This document shows positions 60,898 through 64,000 of a stretch of DNA of 64,000 bases, in pieces; the stretch's first letter is position 1; every line of letters starts with the position of its first letter. The DNA lies in assembly GCA_050613775.1 (NCBI GenBank), contig JBODTK010000140.1, forward strand, positions 124,001 through 188,000, given 5' to 3'. The position numbers and the translations under genes were made by a program. The notes below the pieces were generated by a model, which was not told where the DNA came from, did not search any database, and saw only the letters and a list, made by a program, of their open reading frames with translations. This DNA comes from Neocallimastix sp. 'constans' (taxonomy: Eukaryota).

Positions 60898-62153
60898 TTA
60901 AAGTAAATCGTCATCTTCTTCAGCTGGAAGTGGAAGCTATAATTTTTAATAATATAAAAAATAATTAATAATTTCAAATCCATTATTATTAAATATCTAT
61001 TATACTTCAAAAACTTACAGATGCAGCATTTTCAAGTTCCTTATTATATTGATCCATTAAACTTGGGTCAACTTGTACTTCTGGTGGAGCAAGAGCTGGG
61101 GCAGCAACGAAATCAAGATTTGGATTACTGTAATATTTTATGAATTTAAAACAAAAATTTATTTATTTAATTTAAATTATTTTTAAAATTTAATTTAATT
61201 TTTTTTTTTTTGCATCTCTATTATTATTTTTACTCACCCTACTAATTTACGAGCTAACCATAAGAATGGCTTTTCGAAATTGTAGTTTGACTTAGCACTA
61301 ATATCATAATATTGAAGCTATTAAATTAAATATATTTTTAATATTTCCATTCTCATATATTTATTTTAATTTATTTATTACAATATTTACATTCTTCTTT
61401 CTGTGGAAAGTAATAGCCTTAGCCTTAACTTTACGTTCCTATTAAATTTATAATAATATTTAATAAATCATTATAAACACTTCTTACAATTTATATATAA
61501 ATATTCCAATTTATATACTTTATATTATTTACCTTAATATCAACTTTGTTACCACAAAGAACAATTGGAATATTTTCACAAACTCTGACTAAATCACGGT
61601 GCCAATTTGGAACATTCTTATAAGTAATTCTTGAGGTAACATCAAACATGATAATAGCACATTGACCTTGAATACTTTTTACACATTCATACATATTTGT
61701 ATTAATATATTATTAACAACAAAAATAAAAATATTATTCTTTTACTTACTAATATCCATCACGAAGTCCACCGAACTTTTCTTGACCAGCAGTATCCCAA
61801 GCAGAGAAAGTAATTGGTCCAAAGTTCGTGTGGAAAGTAAGTGGATGAACTTCTACACCAAGAGTGGCTATATTAAATTTAATATAATATTTAATTATAA
61901 AAATTATTCAAAACTATTAACTATTTTTACTTTTTTTTTTTAAACTTACCAACATATTTCTTTTCGAATTCACCAGTTAAATGACGTTTGACGAAAGTGG
62001 TTTTACCTAATTTTTATTTATATGAAAATTTAATCATCTACTATTTTTAAGATTAGATCATATATTTTTAAGCTTTAATATTTTACCTGTACCACCATCA
62101 CCAACAAGAACAAGTTTAAAGGTTGGACCTTCTTGAGCTGGAGCTTGAGACAT
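60898..62153 (-). CDS. GSP1: Ran GTPase, multi-exon
   Basis: [71 protein letters not shown] and acidic tail [10 protein letters not shown]. Confidence 0.97.
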
Positions 62154-62707
62154 TTTAACTATTAACTATAATTATTTTAAAAATTATTAAAATTAAATCT
62201 TTCAACTAAAATTTTATTCTATCATTAATAAAGATCTTTTTAAAAATTATATTTATATTACCTATTATATTTTAATAATATTTTTGTGTGAAGAGAAAAA
62301 AAAATTTTTTTTACTTATTTTTAAATATTTATTTTTTAATTTTTTTCATTAATCTGAATGTATTAATAATATAATGAATTATATATTATTATCCAATCTA
62401 TTTAAAGTATATAAATTGATTTCTAATATTTTTATTTTAAAATTTAATTTTAATTGGCTTAGAACGCTCAAATTATATAATTCATTTTTATTTTAATTTA
62501 TTTATATAATTTTAAAATTAATAAAGGAATATATACAAATATTAGTTATTATAAAAAGAAATTTTACAATTTATATTGTTATATATTGGAAATATAACTA
62601 ATTTAAGTAAAAAAAAAAAAAAAAATAAAAAATAAAAAATAAAAAATATAAAAACTAAAACTAAAACTAACTAAAAATAAAAATAAAAATAAAAATAAAA
62701 ATAAAAA

Positions 62708-62768
<61 letters not shown>

Positions 62769-62864
62769 ATGAATAAAATAGAATAATAATATTAATAATT
62801 TAAATTGTTTAATAATAATAAATAATTAAATATTAATATATAAATAAATATAAATATATAAGAT

Positions 62865-62900
<36 letters not shown>

Positions 62901-62918
62901 AAATTAAAATAAGAAAAA

Positions 62919-63617
62919 ATGAGATATAATCAATTTAACCAGCCTATTGGTGATAGTTTAGAAAATTGTCAAGAGGGTTCCTGGCCAGATATTAAAACTT
63001 TAGAAGGAAAAACTGTAATTGTTGAAAAATTAAATATGAAACATTTTTCAGATATATATGAATTTTTTGGTTTAAGTTATCTTCAAAATTTCACTTATAT
63101 TCCTTTGGATCCATTTGAAAATTATGATTCTTTTGAAGATTTTTTTAAAGAAAAGATTGATTCAAAAGACCCATATTTTTTTGCCATTGTTGATAAAGCC
63201 TCAGGAAAAGCTGTTGGATTAATTTCTTTAATGAGTATTGATACAAAAAATCGTGCAATTGAAATGGGTTGGGTTGTTTATTCTAATAAGTTAAAGAAGA
63301 CTCGTCAGGCTACAGAAGCTCAATATCTTGTTATGCAATATGTATTTGAAACTCTAAAATATCGTCGTTATCAATGGAGATGTGATCATTTTAATTCTCC
63401 TTCACGAAATGCTGCTCTTCGTCTTGGATTTGTTTTTGAAGGCACTTTCAGAAATGCTATGATTTATAAAAATCGTACCCGTGATTCTGACTTTTTTTCT
63501 ATTACAGAAAATGAATGGGAAAAAAATAAAAAAAGGTTACAAACATGGTTATCTGATGAAAATTTTGATGAAAATGGTCAACAGAAACTAAGTTTAAGTC
63601 AAATTAAAAATATATAA
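62919..63617 (+). CDS. GNAT N-acetyltransferase, RimJ/RimL type, intronless and bacterial-like
   Basis: 232 aa; IEMGWVVYS...ATEAQYL...LKYRRYQWRCDHFNSPSRNAALRLGFVFEGTFR...RTRDSDFFSI is the typical Acetyltransf_3 pattern. Confidence 0.9.
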   Translation: MRYNQFNQPIGDSLENCQEGSWPDIKTLEGKTVIVEKLNMKHFSDIYEFFGLSYLQNFTYIPLDPFENYDSFEDFFKEKIDSKDPYFFAIVDKASGKAVGLISLMSIDTKNRAIEMGWVVYSNKLKKTRQATEAQYLVMQYVFETLKYRRYQWRCDHFNSPSRNAALRLGFVFEGTFRNAMIYKNRTRDSDFFSITENEWEKNKKRLQTWLSDENFDENGQQKLSLSQIKNI

Positions 63618-64000
63618 TAAATAAAATAATATATATTTTTATATACAGACTTTTCAGAATGTATTTTAAATATTGTTACAATAGTAGAATAAAAAAATTT
63701 ACATATAAAAAAATAATGACCATTTATTAGTTTCAATTTTAACTTAATTTCATATTTATTATATTTATTTATTAAAATAGATATCTATTTTTTATTAATA
63801 ATTTATAATTTATAATTTTTAATTTTTAACAATCAATTTTTTATTTTAATTATTAATATTTATTTTAATATTTTTTATTTTTTTATTATTAATTTTTTTT
63901 TAATTTATTTTATTTATTTATTTTTTTTTTTTATCATTAATTTTTTTTTTATTAATTTTAATTTTTAATTATATGAAATGTTAAATTAATCCTATATTTA

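Overview
Extremely AT-rich, intron-containing eukaryotic DNA. Composition, poly-Asn tracts, GT-AG introns and fungal-type proteins are most consistent with an anaerobic gut fungus (Neocallimastigomycota); that assignment is inference. Host genes: a Crz1-like C2H2 transcription factor (5'-truncated), an intronless prokaryote-type NrdG radical-SAM activase, DGAT2, Sas10/Utp3, a Pol-theta-type helicase with no polymerase domain, a Gap1-like RasGAP, an ABCA transporter, Ran GTPase and an intronless bacterial-type RimJ/RimL GNAT. About 43-60 kb is a nested transposon cluster: two MULE remnants, a foldback/MITE-like element, a young full-length Copia, LINE remnants and a Copia integrase remnant. An older Copia lies at about 15-17.9 kb. 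Four signals stand out. (1) The young Copia appears to express Pol by a programmed -1 frameshift (A_AAU_UUU plus a downstream stem/pseudoknot). (2) Two different Copia elements have a primer-binding site complementary to the anticodon arm of tRNA-Lys(CUU), implying half-tRNA priming. (3) A stand-alone class III ribonucleotide reductase activase sits in a eukaryotic genome. (4) An unexplained structured GC-enriched island lies at 33.4-33.6 kb. Exon boundaries were read by eye and are approximate; no database searches were run.
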